A stretch of 64,000 bases of DNA. It comes from an uncultured Gammaproteobacteria bacterium (GTDB taxonomy: Bacteria; Patescibacteriota; Microgenomatia; CAYXHB01; CAZYTL01). How positions within the stretch are numbered: position 1 is the stretch's first letter; each line of letters begins with the position of its first letter. Under the pieces are notes generated by a model. The model searched no databases. It was not told where the DNA came from and saw only the letters and a program-made list of their open reading frames with translations. Below are positions 49,938 through 59,432 of this stretch, in pieces. The stretch covers positions 4,018 through 68,017 of the forward strand of contig CAZYTL010000001.1 in the NCBI GenBank assembly GCA_964650355.1. The letters are read 5' to 3'. The position numbers were made by a program, and so were the translations under genes.

Positions 49938-50501
49938 TTATTCAAAGCTCACACTCGATAATATTTGATCAGTAATTGCCTTATTTTCCTCTGTTGGAGG
50001 ATATGTGGAGAATGACATAAGTTTGTCATCCTTGACTATGATTGTTTGGTATCTGCCCTTAGGACCTGTAACTAGCCCCTCAATGCCCCTGTAGCCGCCC
50101 ACAACGGCTTCCTTGATCGATTCCTTGGACATATCCTTCTTGGCTTGCTCTAGCCCTTCCACAGCCATATTTTTGTTTGGCTGGTAAACCGTATAAAGCT
50201 GATATGTAGGCTTATCCTCTGAACCTGATTCGATATAAAAATTTACGGCGTGTTCAGTAGCCGGATCTTGCCTGAAATTCATATCTTCGGGAACAACTAC
50301 ATAAAGGCTCATTGTTCCGATAAACTTTTCACCCTCTTTGAGCTTTCTGCCAGGAGTCGCTTCCGGCAAAGGAGATGGCTTTACATTTTCCAGAACTATT
50401 GGTGAAGAAGGGACTTTCGTTGAATCTTTACGTGAGTAAATGTAGACCCCACATATAAGGATAACTATTATTGCGATAACTGTAGTTGCACGTATTTTCA
50501 T
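49938..50501 (-). CDS. membrane-anchored PsbP-like protein
   Basis: N-terminal TM; VGGYRGIEG...DQILSSVSF. Confidence 0.5.
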   Translation of the reverse strand: MKIRATTVIAIIVILICGVYIYSRKDSTKVPSSPIVLENVKPSPLPEATPGRKLKEGEKFIGTMSLYVVVPEDMNFRQDPATEHAVNFYIESGSEDKPTYQLYTVYQPNKNMAVEGLEQAKKDMSKESIKEAVVGGYRGIEGLVTGPKGRYQTIIVKDDKLMSFSTYPPTEENKAITDQILSSVSFE

Positions 50502-50503
50502 AA

Positions 50504-51046
50504 TTATTCACTCGGTCGGACTTGTGGTTCGCCCATATAAGGACCGCCAGGCATAAACATATAACCATAATCCGTTTTTACTTCCTGAGGATAGTTAAGG
50601 AGAATCCTGGCTACTTCCCAGGTGGTCATTTTAGTTCCCAAGCCATAAACTCCCCTGTCGATAGTATTTCTTCCAACTTTTATTGCGTTTTCTTCACCAA
50701 GGTTAGTGTCTTCCGAGTTCTCCAGGGCGTATCTTAAAGCCTGCTCATCCCTAACAAATCCATAGTAGTGTAGGTTGCTTACGAGAGCATCCAGTGTCAT
50801 ATTTTCGGTTACATAGAAGCTGGCACCCAATTCTTCTGCATCCTGGGCTTCTTCCGGAGTCATACGAAGTCTCTCAATGAAGTAATCTGCTACCGTTTTG
50901 CCGTCCCAGGTACTTTTATCGACAGCCTGGAATTTTGATTGATCTATTTTGGGCCGGAACATTTGAAAGGAGACTGTTGCTACAATGAGTATTGCCAGTC
51001 CGTATAGTAAGTAATATTTTATTGATTTTTGCCTTGAGTTTTTCAT
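50504..51046 (-). CDS. membrane protein with MltG/YceG N-terminal-like domain
   Basis: TM helix, then LVSNLHYYGFVRD...GVYGLGTKMTTWEVARIL; likely ATG at 51046. Confidence 0.55.
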   Translation of the reverse strand: MKNSRQKSIKYYLLYGLAILIVATVSFQMFRPKIDQSKFQAVDKSTWDGKTVADYFIERLRMTPEEAQDAEELGASFYVTENMTLDALVSNLHYYGFVRDEQALRYALENSEDTNLGEENAIKVGRNTIDRGVYGLGTKMTTWEVARILLNYPQEVKTDYGYMFMPGGPYMGEPQVRPSE

Positions 51047-51131
51047 ATTTACCTGCTTTTCCAACATTATCTCCAGGAAGATAAGGAAAGTCAAATTATT
51101 CTTACTTTACTTACATATTGCCTATAGGAAC

Positions 51132-51166
51132 AGGAAATCTAGCCCCTTTCAGAGCTAGAATTTCCT
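51132..51166. terminator. hairpin after the secreted-protein operon
   Basis: AGGAAATCTAGC...GCTAGAATTTCCT. Confidence 0.5.
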
Positions 51167-51182
51167 TGCCTCATCCTTCAGA

Positions 51183-51803
51183 TTAAGGATTGTGGCTACC
51201 TGGACAATAGGCGCTTGATGAGTTTGCTTCATGACAAATTTCGGTATCATCGAAACCAATTTGTCTAGTAGTGCCCTCACAGGTTACGTCAGTCAACCAA
51301 GTGTTCATAATCTGATAGTAGTTGCTTGTTGTAGGCAACGAAATCCATCGATTATAGTAAGCATTTTGATTGATCGTGAAGCTGTAACCGCTTCCGCCGT
51401 TGTAGGTAATCTGATATGGGGCTGCCGTTGTCGTGGCATAGTTACTTGGAACAAAAGTGTACCAGTAGCTCCACTGGGCAATATTACCCATATTCCATCT
51501 CGCATAGTTGCTCAGAGAACAACCTGAGTAGGTCTTCCACATACTGTAGGGAGCCCCGTTGTATGGGGACTGATTTGAGCATTGACCATTCTCACACCAG
51601 TTGTTTGGGTTATGGCACCAGCCATAATCTCCATGCTCCCACCAGTATTGGCCTGGCCCATACCTGTCAAAGTATGCACCGCCAGAACAGACGATCGTTC
51701 TCTCGTTATATGCCGAGACCTGCGGGGTAACTCCAAAGAGAGCAATACCAGCTACCATTGCCAAGCTTAGAAACAATTTTGATAGAACATTTAGTTTTTT
51801 CAT
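51183..51803 (-). CDS. secreted Cys-rich protein with golvesin/CBM-like domain
   Basis: Signal peptide (VSA-Y); YARW...YTFVP...ATT.APY.I...INQ...WISL pattern; 8 Cys. Confidence 0.6.
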   Translation of the reverse strand: MKKLNVLSKLFLSLAMVAGIALFGVTPQVSAYNERTIVCSGGAYFDRYGPGQYWWEHGDYGWCHNPNNWCENGQCSNQSPYNGAPYSMWKTYSGCSLSNYARWNMGNIAQWSYWYTFVPSNYATTTAAPYQITYNGGSGYSFTINQNAYYNRWISLPTTSNYYQIMNTWLTDVTCEGTTRQIGFDDTEICHEANSSSAYCPGSHNP

Positions 51804-52582
51804 AGATTGTCAAAAAAGCCTGCGTTGGTATAGCCAATCAATTGCCCACCTTGGGTAAATGCTACCTGCAAGGACTTACCATCTTCTCCGTGCCAGGTAA
51901 AGAAATACGTACCGACTTTTTGACCTCTTTCGAGTTCAAGTTTGTCGAGATCGACACCGAGATCCTGATCGGAAATTACATCCTTAGCCATTTGCTCTAA
52001 CTGAGCAGCGTCATAGCGAGGAGTCATATCCATGAACTCTTTTGGCTCGCCAACTTCTTTTGGACGAATGTAAGCGTCAAGAACTTTTCCAGTGGCAACA
52101 TCAACCTGATACGCATAATCTTGTGAGAAGTAGACCTCAACTCCATCTTTTTTGAAATTCTGGATACCGCCAATCTTGCGGGAATATTGCACTTCCTGCT
52201 TTGGCTGATCCTGAACTTTGTAGAGAAAACGATCATTCCAGTTGTTGATAGCGTTAATCGTTACTGCTCTCTCAGCTTCTGGACGCGCTTCCAGGCCTCT
52301 GATTTCGTTAGAGACATCTTCATGAAGTTTCTTCATCTGCACAGCTGTCTCACCGGCGTAAACTCTTTCACCAAATTCGTTAGTTGTAAATTCACCGTTC
52401 TGTTGAGCATCAGCTATAGCATCCTGAAGTTTTTTGGTCAGTGCTTCTACCTTCGCCTGTACAGGGTCCTGCTGTGCTCCGACTGGTGTCGTCTTTGATG
52501 CAACCACACCAACGAGGGCAAAGACCGCTAATAGGGGAAGAATTGCGAGATACTTTTTGGAAAGTTGATTATGTACCTTCAT
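51800..52582 (-). CDS. secreted protein, paralog of the anti-sigma extracellular domain
   Basis: Signal peptide; shares TPRY...DL.KL.LE.G.K...FFTW.GE...TQGGQL..TN with 52891..53910. Confidence 0.7.
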   Translation of the reverse strand: MKVHNQLSKKYLAILPLLAVFALVGVVASKTTPVGAQQDPVQAKVEALTKKLQDAIADAQQNGEFTTNEFGERVYAGETAVQMKKLHEDVSNEIRGLEARPEAERAVTINAINNWNDRFLYKVQDQPKQEVQYSRKIGGIQNFKKDGVEVYFSQDYAYQVDVATGKVLDAYIRPKEVGEPKEFMDMTPRYDAAQLEQMAKDVISDQDLGVDLDKLELERGQKVGTYFFTWHGEDGKSLQVAFTQGGQLIGYTNAGFFDNL

Positions 52583-52624
52583 AGCTTTTTATTTTTTTCA
52601 CCTCCTTTCTACCAGCTTTATTTA

Positions 52625-52660
52625 TAAAAAAACCCAGACTACGCTGTTAATCTGAGTTTG
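52625..52660 (-). terminator. terminator-like hairpin upstream of 51800..52582
   Basis: AAACUCAGAUUA...UAGUCUGGGUUUUUUU on the minus strand. Confidence 0.5.
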
Positions 52661-52715
52661 CTGAGGAAAAGGAATTGAAAAGCTCTTTTGTGGAGTCTGA
52701 GTGAAGCTAAATTGA

Positions 52716-52758
52716 GTATGTAGAGTAAGTATATTCTTACTATTCTTACTTTTCATAC
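52716..52758. promoter_or_regulatory. phased operator array GTATG-N4-GTAAG-N6-CTTAC-N4-CTTAC-N4-CATAC
   Basis: Related sites at 62413-62437, 51101-51114 and 2563-2578. Confidence 0.55.
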
Positions 52759-52890
52759 ATCAATAATTACAAATAGTTTTGAGAATGTCAAGCCCTGTTT
52801 ATTAGTGGTGATTTCTGTATCTCTAAAGCTATAAAAATTTCGAAGACGAGAGGAAATACCAGATGGCCTTGTTCAGAAGAGAAGAGTGAA

Positions 52891-53910
52891 TTAATCACCG
52901 AGTTCGTTCGTAAAGTTGACGAGTTGCCCACCCTGAGTTAAAGTAACTGTCAGTTGAGGAGTATAGTATTCTTTTTTCACCGTTATGCACGGTAATCCCT
53001 CCTCAAAGCTATCAGCATCCTCATTTTTTATATCCGCCCGGCAGGTAGTATAAGGATGATCAAGTTTTCGCTGTTTTCGCTCTCCCTTCCAGGTGAAGAA
53101 AAAGTTTAGGTCCTGGTCGTTTTCACCCTTACTACCGGTCTCAAGTGAGAGCTTAGTTAGATCTATTTTACCGATTGCTTTCTGATGATCCTGAATGAAC
53201 TCTCTAACTAAGATTTCAGCTTCAGCCAGGTTGTAACGAGGTGTGTAATCATATTCTTTTTGGGGACTAAACCAATGAGAACCATCTTTATTTTTACCCC
53301 AGTTGCCTTCTTTGGGAGACATTTCAACTACAAGATTTGTTTCTGTATCGATAATAAACCGGTCAAAATCCACGAGATAACTTTCAACTCTTATATGTTC
53401 TTCATCGTTGTCATTGGGATTTCTAATGCACTCATAAGTGACGTTAGCATCCGGCCTGTCGAGAAACTCTCTGACAGCCGCCACAGACTTCTCTTGTTCC
53501 TCAGCCGGTCTCGCGCTTACTGAACACCATTCTTGTTGAGCCTGTTTGTATTTCTGGCTATTTTTATCCCTGTAGTCAGGATCATTTGTAAGTAGTGATG
53601 TAAGCTCCTCTTGTAATTGATTTCTAAGACTTATGAGTGCATCAATAATTGATCCCTTGGCTGAAACGGGAGACTTTGTACTCAAAAAACCAACAAATAA
53701 GATTACCAAAGCTATGGATGCGAAAGCCAAAGGCAATCGAAATGACCAAAATGGATTTGGGGGAGGAGAGAATGTTTTGTTCAGATTTTCTTCAAGTTGC
53801 TTTTCTTCCCTAATTCTTTCGAGAATCTGTCTTTCCAAAACACTAATGTGCTTGAACTCTTTTTTACTCTCTTTGAGAAAATATGATCTAATAATGTTTT
53901 TTAGTTTCAT
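52891..53910 (-). CDS. putative membrane anti-sigma factor
   Basis: Short cytoplasmic N-terminus, one TM helix, extracellular domain; overlaps the ECF sigma stop. Confidence 0.75.
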   Translation of the reverse strand: MKLKNIIRSYFLKESKKEFKHISVLERQILERIREEKQLEENLNKTFSPPPNPFWSFRLPLAFASIALVILFVGFLSTKSPVSAKGSIIDALISLRNQLQEELTSLLTNDPDYRDKNSQKYKQAQQEWCSVSARPAEEQEKSVAAVREFLDRPDANVTYECIRNPNDNDEEHIRVESYLVDFDRFIIDTETNLVVEMSPKEGNWGKNKDGSHWFSPQKEYDYTPRYNLAEAEILVREFIQDHQKAIGKIDLTKLSLETGSKGENDQDLNFFFTWKGERKQRKLDHPYTTCRADIKNEDADSFEEGLPCITVKKEYYTPQLTVTLTQGGQLVNFTNELGD

Positions 53911-54407
53911 ATCAGTGATTCTTTCAATTTGACGACTGCTCTATAAAAACGCATTTTCACTGCTGGCTCTTTAGAGTCGAGAGCGGTGGCAATATCGCAA
54001 AACTGCATCTCCTCATTAACCCTAAGCCTGATTATTTCCTGTTCAACCGGCTTTAGTTTTTTGAGTGCTGCCGTAACTTTTTTAATATCTTCCTCTTGAG
54101 TAATTTTGGCCTCTAGTAAGACTTCCACATCGCTGTCATCAAATAGTTGAATATTGTTTTGCTCAATTGAAAGATGATGCTTATTTGCTCTAAACATATC
54201 TGTAATTACATGTCTGCAGATGGTAAGTAACCAGCTCTTGAGCTGTCCTTCACTTTTAAATTTGAAATTGTCGTATGCTTTCATAGCTTTTAAAAATGTT
54301 TCCTGGACAGCGTCATCAACGTCGTCCTGTTGGGACAAGGACTTTTTAGCAAAAAAATATACTAATCTTATGTAGTCCCGGACTACATCTTCAAAAGGTG
54401 GTTTCAT
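53907..54407 (-). CDS. ECF RNA polymerase sigma factor
   Basis: Region 2 DDAVQETFLKA and KSWLLTICR; region 4 HTH. Confidence 0.92.
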   Translation of the reverse strand: MKPPFEDVVRDYIRLVYFFAKKSLSQQDDVDDAVQETFLKAMKAYDNFKFKSEGQLKSWLLTICRHVITDMFRANKHHLSIEQNNIQLFDDSDVEVLLEAKITQEEDIKKVTAALKKLKPVEQEIIRLRVNEEMQFCDIATALDSKEPAVKMRFYRAVVKLKESLI

Positions 54408-54656
54408 CGTATTTAAGTGTCCCGTCCCACCCTTCTATATAAGTAAACGGATGAGTTAGGAAAAGTAACATTTTTACTTCTTACGCAATTATATATAAAT
54501 TCTATGGAAGAGGTTGGAGCTATCGCTCTTTTGGTGGGGCTAAGTTAATCTTTTTCATCAATTCCTTGATTTCGTTGACTAATGTTTGGGCTTTGTCTAG
54601 TTTTCTGAGAATGATGTATTTGGTTTTTTGTTCTTCATCATTGTCTATTTTCTGTG

Positions 54657-54839
54657 TCATGTTTCTGTCACCTCCCATCGTTTCTTATACTTGCGGTAGT
54701 TTGTCATTATTTCTAAGATTTTCTCTCTTGAGAGACCGGATAGCTTTACTACATTCCTGAGGTCAAACATATTGGTTTTTCCTGAGCTTTGCACTTTTAA
54801 ATAGGCCTGAAAATCATCTTTTGTTATCTTAATAGCCAT
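54657..54839 (-). CDS. DUF5049-like small phage protein
   Basis: VQSSGKTNMFD motif. Confidence 0.55.
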   Translation of the reverse strand: MAIKITKDDFQAYLKVQSSGKTNMFDLRNVVKLSGLSREKILEIMTNYRKYKKRWEVTET

Positions 54840-55002
54840 AGGATTCCTTTAACTGCTAACAGAGCGATGACAATGATGTAAATTGTGCCGAAGAAGTAAG
54901 CGAGGCATTTTTCTAACTTGGGATTGGCGTAATTTTCTGGACGTTTCATAGCGATTCAACAAGCAATTATCATCAAACACCTCAAGAAGTCAAATTTTCT
55001 TA

Positions 55003-55224
55003 TCAAAGCTCAACAGCACTTTGTTTCTTGGACATTTCACCGGCACTACCTCCATTTTCAGGCATGATTCTTCGTTGTTCGGTCACTTCTTTTCTGAAAG
55101 GTTTCCCATTTTGAATAAAAACTTCAACTCTCCCAAATTTCACCTGACGTATATCTTCAATTATTTTCCTTTCAGCTTTGCTGAGAATTATTTGATTGGT
55201 AGTTTGTTTATTTGTTTGGCTCAT
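55003..55224 (-). CDS. DUF2292/YezD-like small protein
   Basis: IRQVKFGRVEVFIQNGKPFRKEVTEQRR; overlaps the end of terL. Confidence 0.65.
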   Translation of the reverse strand: MSQTNKQTTNQIILSKAERKIIEDIRQVKFGRVEVFIQNGKPFRKEVTEQRRIMPENGGSAGEMSKKQSAVEL

Positions 55225-56764
55225 ATTTCATTCTCTTTTTTAGGGCGATGTGCCAATAGATAAGGGATAGCCAAAAATCATTTGGACCTGTGTTAGCCCA
55301 TTCTCTTTTTGGTTGCCCAAGTTTGTCAGTAACAGTTCTGGCATACATCGTTTGAGCGTGTTTTATTAACTCTTTGAATGCTGGGTGGTCAGGAGATACC
55401 GCAAATTTTATATTGCCCTGGCGAAGCGAGGAAATGGTTTCATCCATTATTCTGGTTCTGGAAGAGAGGACTTTTACTTCATCTTCAAAGGCCACGTCCT
55501 TACCTTCTTTTTCATCAAAAAATCTAACTACCTCAAGCATTTTTGGGTCATCCTTAAACCAGCTCAGATATACTCTGTATGGAAATTCTTTCGCCAGAGC
55601 AAAGGCTTCTTGGGTATAAGGTTGGCCATCAATGACAATTACTCTTACATCGAAGAATTTTATTAAATCACTGGTTTGTTTCCATCTATCAATCCCCTCA
55701 TGATCTTGGAGTACACCAATCCAGAAAATACCTCGCCTGTTTCCTATCATGACATGGTTGCCTTTACCGGATCCCATGCCTGTATCAATACCCATTACGT
55801 TGAAATCTTCCGAAGCGTTAACTTTCGAGTCTGTTAAGTTACGAACAAATAAACTTGAGGGTATTTTCTGCTCACTTGATAAATAAGGAAGTCCTAAAAC
55901 AAAGTTGTAGAAGTAGGTGTCATCATCAGCATCTTTTTTCTCCTTGATTAAATCTGCAGCACTTTTCCAGGGACAATGCATTTGGCTAATCCAGTATCCT
56001 GAGATTTGTCTTCCCGGATATCTGGCTTCCCAGCTACCCAGATCGTTTATTTGTCTTGGAGTAATCAGTTTCTGGCACTTTTGGCATACATAGATTCCAC
56101 GATTTTCATCTACATTATTATCCCACTCCATGTGTTGTCTGAAGTCACAGTGTGGGCAATTAAATCGCCAGTGCTTTTGATCTGACTCTTCAAATATTTT
56201 GTCTACGCCAAAGTCTGGAGTAGTGGGGGTAGAGAAAAAATGCTGGCTTCTTATCTTTGAGTAACCCATACGAGAGGTGTAATCTCTCACCACTTCTGGT
56301 TTTGATTTATCCAGCTCATCGTGGATATTACGATCCGAAGTAAGCATTATGGCTTCCTTCTCGGTAAACGTGCCTTTGAAAAACAAAAAGGATTTGCCTA
56401 TTTGTTTCTGCTCAATAGAGTCAACGTCTTTTGAACCAACACCTTCTAAAATACATGGATTGACTTTAATCAGCCTATTTACCTTGCTTTTGACGAATTC
56501 GCTGACATCATCAACTGTGGGGAGAGTGTATATCTGGTTAATTCCCCAGAATCTAGCCGCATGAAAGGCTCGTAGGATCTCCATTGTGCTGGCGCCTACC
56601 TGAGAACCTTTTCTAATCACCTGGACTGGTGAACGATCCGAATAGACATCCAGCATGAAGCTATGGTCCTCAAACTCAATAGGATTACCGTTTTCATTTT
56701 TTATTTCGTTCTCGGTTATCCAATAAAGTATGCTATTTTTTTGATGTTCTTCGTTTTTTGTCAT
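55208..56764 (-). CDS. terL: terminase large subunit (GpA-like)
   Basis: KGSQVGAS, HDELD, STPT, CPHC/CQKC zinc ribbon and nuclease GIDTG. Confidence 0.9.
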   Translation of the reverse strand: MTKNEEHQKNSILYWITENEIKNENGNPIEFEDHSFMLDVYSDRSPVQVIRKGSQVGASTMEILRAFHAARFWGINQIYTLPTVDDVSEFVKSKVNRLIKVNPCILEGVGSKDVDSIEQKQIGKSFLFFKGTFTEKEAIMLTSDRNIHDELDKSKPEVVRDYTSRMGYSKIRSQHFFSTPTTPDFGVDKIFEESDQKHWRFNCPHCDFRQHMEWDNNVDENRGIYVCQKCQKLITPRQINDLGSWEARYPGRQISGYWISQMHCPWKSAADLIKEKKDADDDTYFYNFVLGLPYLSSEQKIPSSLFVRNLTDSKVNASEDFNVMGIDTGMGSGKGNHVMIGNRRGIFWIGVLQDHEGIDRWKQTSDLIKFFDVRVIVIDGQPYTQEAFALAKEFPYRVYLSWFKDDPKMLEVVRFFDEKEGKDVAFEDEVKVLSSRTRIMDETISSLRQGNIKFAVSPDHPAFKELIKHAQTMYARTVTDKLGQPKREWANTGPNDFWLSLIYWHIALKKRMKYEPNK

Positions 56765-57335
56765 AGTAGTTTTTTATTGCCTGGTCGATCTCTTTTCCTA
56801 GCTCGTCTTCTTCAGGTGTGGGAGGATTCTGATCTTCTTCATTGATGGTATGAGCCACTTCGGATTTACCTGTAGATAGTCCAAGCTCTGTCCTAAACAT
56901 CTCCCACAATGCTTTAACATCACTAGTCGAGACATTTTCCCCTTTACGAAGTTGTTTAATTTTCAGATCAAGTGTGCGTTTAAAGGCTTCTGCCACTTTA
57001 TGTTTTCGGTTTGTAGCTATTCGTTTGGTTTCTTTTCTTAGTGCAATTAAATCTTCCTCTAGCTTTAAGTCGGTTCGTTTTACCCACTGATATTTTTTGG
57101 ACCATTTGGCAATACTTCTTCTGCTTACTGGGATACCTAATCGGTTTTTTAAATTGCTCAATTCCGGTGAACTTTCAGTGAACCCTTGGTGAACCCCTTT
57201 CCAGGCGTTTAGTAGTTTATCGATTGTTCCAAAATCACAGTAAAGTAGCCAAGCAACGTACTGCCTTTCAGTTTCTCCTGGCAACTTGGTGGTCGCCAAT
57301 TTAATTGTGGTTTTTCTTTTTTTCTTAGTTGCCAT
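56733..57335 (-). CDS. putative terminase small subunit
   Basis: GETERQYVAW...WSKKYQWVKR; overlaps the terL start. Confidence 0.7.
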   Translation of the reverse strand: MATKKKRKTTIKLATTKLPGETERQYVAWLLYCDFGTIDKLLNAWKGVHQGFTESSPELSNLKNRLGIPVSRRSIAKWSKKYQWVKRTDLKLEEDLIALRKETKRIATNRKHKVAEAFKRTLDLKIKQLRKGENVSTSDVKALWEMFRTELGLSTGKSEVAHTINEEDQNPPTPEEDELGKEIDQAIKNYYDKKRRTSKK

Positions 57336-57337
57336 AT

Positions 57338-58597
57338 TTAATTCAGTTTGAGACGTTGAGTTCTCTTGCGAATCAGGTCACAAAACTTTTCATCTCGCTC
57401 CATCAGGTAGGCAGTTCGACCTACTTTATGTGCAGCCATAAGAGTACTTCCTGAGCCTCCGAATAAATCGAGGACTATTTGTCCGCGCCTACTACCGCCT
57501 TTAATTGCCTTCATAATCAGCCATTCAGGTTTTTCTGTTGGATGGACCATTTCAGTTACTGCTTTTCTTGGCATATTCCAGACATCACTTTCATTTGTCT
57601 CTCCGGTAAAAACGTGCTTTTCTCCTTGCTTCCATCCGTAAATAATTCCCTCAGCTTTGGTTTTACCTTTACCTTTTTTACCTTTCATAATCTGTTCATA
57701 TTGTTTCTTGTAGTCGCTCCAGCCAACTGCAAAAGAGGGTTTAACCCAAACAATGGCACTACTAAATACAAACCCAGAGTTAAGCATTTGGTAGTAAAAC
57801 AACGGATAGGAAGTGTAGCCAGTGCAGACATAAATAATTCCTCCAGGCTTAAGAGATTCGTGCATGGTTGTGAAAAAACCATAGGTGAATTTTTTGAAGT
57901 CTTCTTCGTTTTGGTCATCGCCAAGAATAATTCCTTTTTCAGTATGGAATTTGCCCTGTTTTTCTTTGCTAGTATGAGCAACGTTATAAGGGGGATCTGT
58001 GAACACCATGTCTGCAGATTTATCGCCCATTAGTTTTTTTACGTCCTCTAAGTTCGTAGAATCGCCACACATGAGCCGATGAGGACCAACTTGGTATACC
58101 TCCCCATATTTTGAAATGGGGTCTGTTATTTGTTTGATTTCTTCCTCTGTATCCCAAGGTTTTTCTTCTTCTTGTTCCAGAAGCATGGTTGTATCTAAAA
58201 GATTGCTTACTTCTACTTCGTTAAAACCTGTAATAGAAATATCAAAGTCTGATTGAGTGAGGTCTGTTATTATTTGGGCGAGTTTTTCTTCATCCCATTG
58301 ATCTTCAATCTTATTAAGAGCAAGGTTTAGTGCCTTTTCCTTTTGTAGTGGAATATCAACGGAACTGAAGGGAATCTCTGTCCAACCTAACTCTGTTGCC
58401 GCACGTACTCTTTTTTCGCCACCCACGATGACATTTTCTCTGCCTTTGCGAGTATTAATAACAATAGGCAAGGGACACCCGAACTCCTGAAGTGAGCGCT
58501 TTAATTGTTCAATAACACTCCTGGTTACTTTACGAGGATTGTATTCCGCAAATCTGAGTGAACTTATAGCTATGGTTGGGTATGTTTTTTCAGTCAT
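57338..58597 (-). CDS. ParB-N domain plus N4/N6 DNA methyltransferase
   Basis: YNPRK, IVGGEKR; DPPY, HPTEKP and DLFGGSGST. Confidence 0.92.
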   Translation of the reverse strand: MTEKTYPTIAISSLRFAEYNPRKVTRSVIEQLKRSLQEFGCPLPIVINTRKGRENVIVGGEKRVRAATELGWTEIPFSSVDIPLQKEKALNLALNKIEDQWDEEKLAQIITDLTQSDFDISITGFNEVEVSNLLDTTMLLEQEEEKPWDTEEEIKQITDPISKYGEVYQVGPHRLMCGDSTNLEDVKKLMGDKSADMVFTDPPYNVAHTSKEKQGKFHTEKGIILGDDQNEEDFKKFTYGFFTTMHESLKPGGIIYVCTGYTSYPLFYYQMLNSGFVFSSAIVWVKPSFAVGWSDYKKQYEQIMKGKKGKGKTKAEGIIYGWKQGEKHVFTGETNESDVWNMPRKAVTEMVHPTEKPEWLIMKAIKGGSRRGQIVLDLFGGSGSTLMAAHKVGRTAYLMERDEKFCDLIRKRTQRLKLN

Positions 58598-58766
58598 AGT
58601 TGTTTTAATCTTTTTTTAATAAATACCTTAAGCTCTAGAAATAGACGTACATAAATTGGCATTTTTAAACCGTCTGCTGGCATTAAGGGAATCATTCGTT
58701 TCTGTGTTTCATTTTGTAGTTTTCTTGAGATGTATCCCTCTTTTAATAACGGGTATATAAAATTTT

Positions 58767-58997
58767 TCATTTCTTAGTTTTAAAACTTTCTCCCTCTAAT
58801 GCTTCAAGAAGTAAACCTAGCCAAGTACGTTTACCGATTTCATCAATTAATTTTTCATTGAGGTCAATCCACTGCTTTTTTGTAAGCATTTGCGCATCAA
58901 GCCAACTAGCGGTAAACATTTTGTATATCCTAATCACAAATATAGGGTTTACCTGAGCAAGCCTAACATCTTTGTTAGCAATCTTAATTTTTGTCAT
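58767..58997 (-). CDS. hypothetical phage protein
   Basis: 76-aa ORF in the early operon. Confidence 0.5.
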   Translation of the reverse strand: MTKIKIANKDVRLAQVNPIFVIRIYKMFTASWLDAQMLTKKQWIDLNEKLIDEIGKRTWLGLLLEALEGESFKTKK

Positions 58998-58999
58998 GG

Positions 59000-59254
59000 T
59001 TAACTTACTTTCATTTTTTTGATAATACCTAACACTTTCTTGCGTTTTTCGATGTCTTCAGAGTACTTGGCTAAAATATCCTTCTTGGTTAAGTTTTCTT
59101 CTCTTGCACCAAGGGGAGATCTTTTGACTACTGTCTCAATAACTTTGTCATCTGGAACATCGTCTAAGGTCGCAATTGCAATCTCCATGCGGATAATCTC
59201 CTCATGAACTGTGTTATATATTTCTTCTAGTAATTCTGTTTTTGTTTTAATCAT
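59000..59254 (-). CDS. hypothetical phage protein
   Basis: Likely start MIKTKTELL at 59254. Confidence 0.55.
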   Translation of the reverse strand: MIKTKTELLEEIYNTVHEEIIRMEIAIATLDDVPDDKVIETVVKRSPLGAREENLTKKDILAKYSEDIEKRKKVLGIIKKMKVS

Positions 59255-59258
59255 ATTT

Positions 59259-59432
59259 TTAGTACTCAACTTGAGATTCATTTTTCTTGAAAGTTTTCTC
59301 ATTCCATTCAAGTATTTTGTTTGTTTTTAAATCGAGGACCATATAGACCTTATTACCATCTTGGTCATTTTTAGTACCTTCAAAATGATATTTAGGATTT
59401 TTGGAAACTGATCCTTTTTGTCCTGGCTTCAT
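59259..59432 (-). CDS. small hypothetical protein (57 aa, below track cutoff)
   Basis: MKPGQKGSVSKNPKYHFEG...; ATGA overlap with the MTase stop; GGAGGTG RBS. Confidence 0.5.
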   Translation of the reverse strand: MKPGQKGSVSKNPKYHFEGTKNDQDGNKVYMVLDLKTNKILEWNEKTFKKNESQVEY

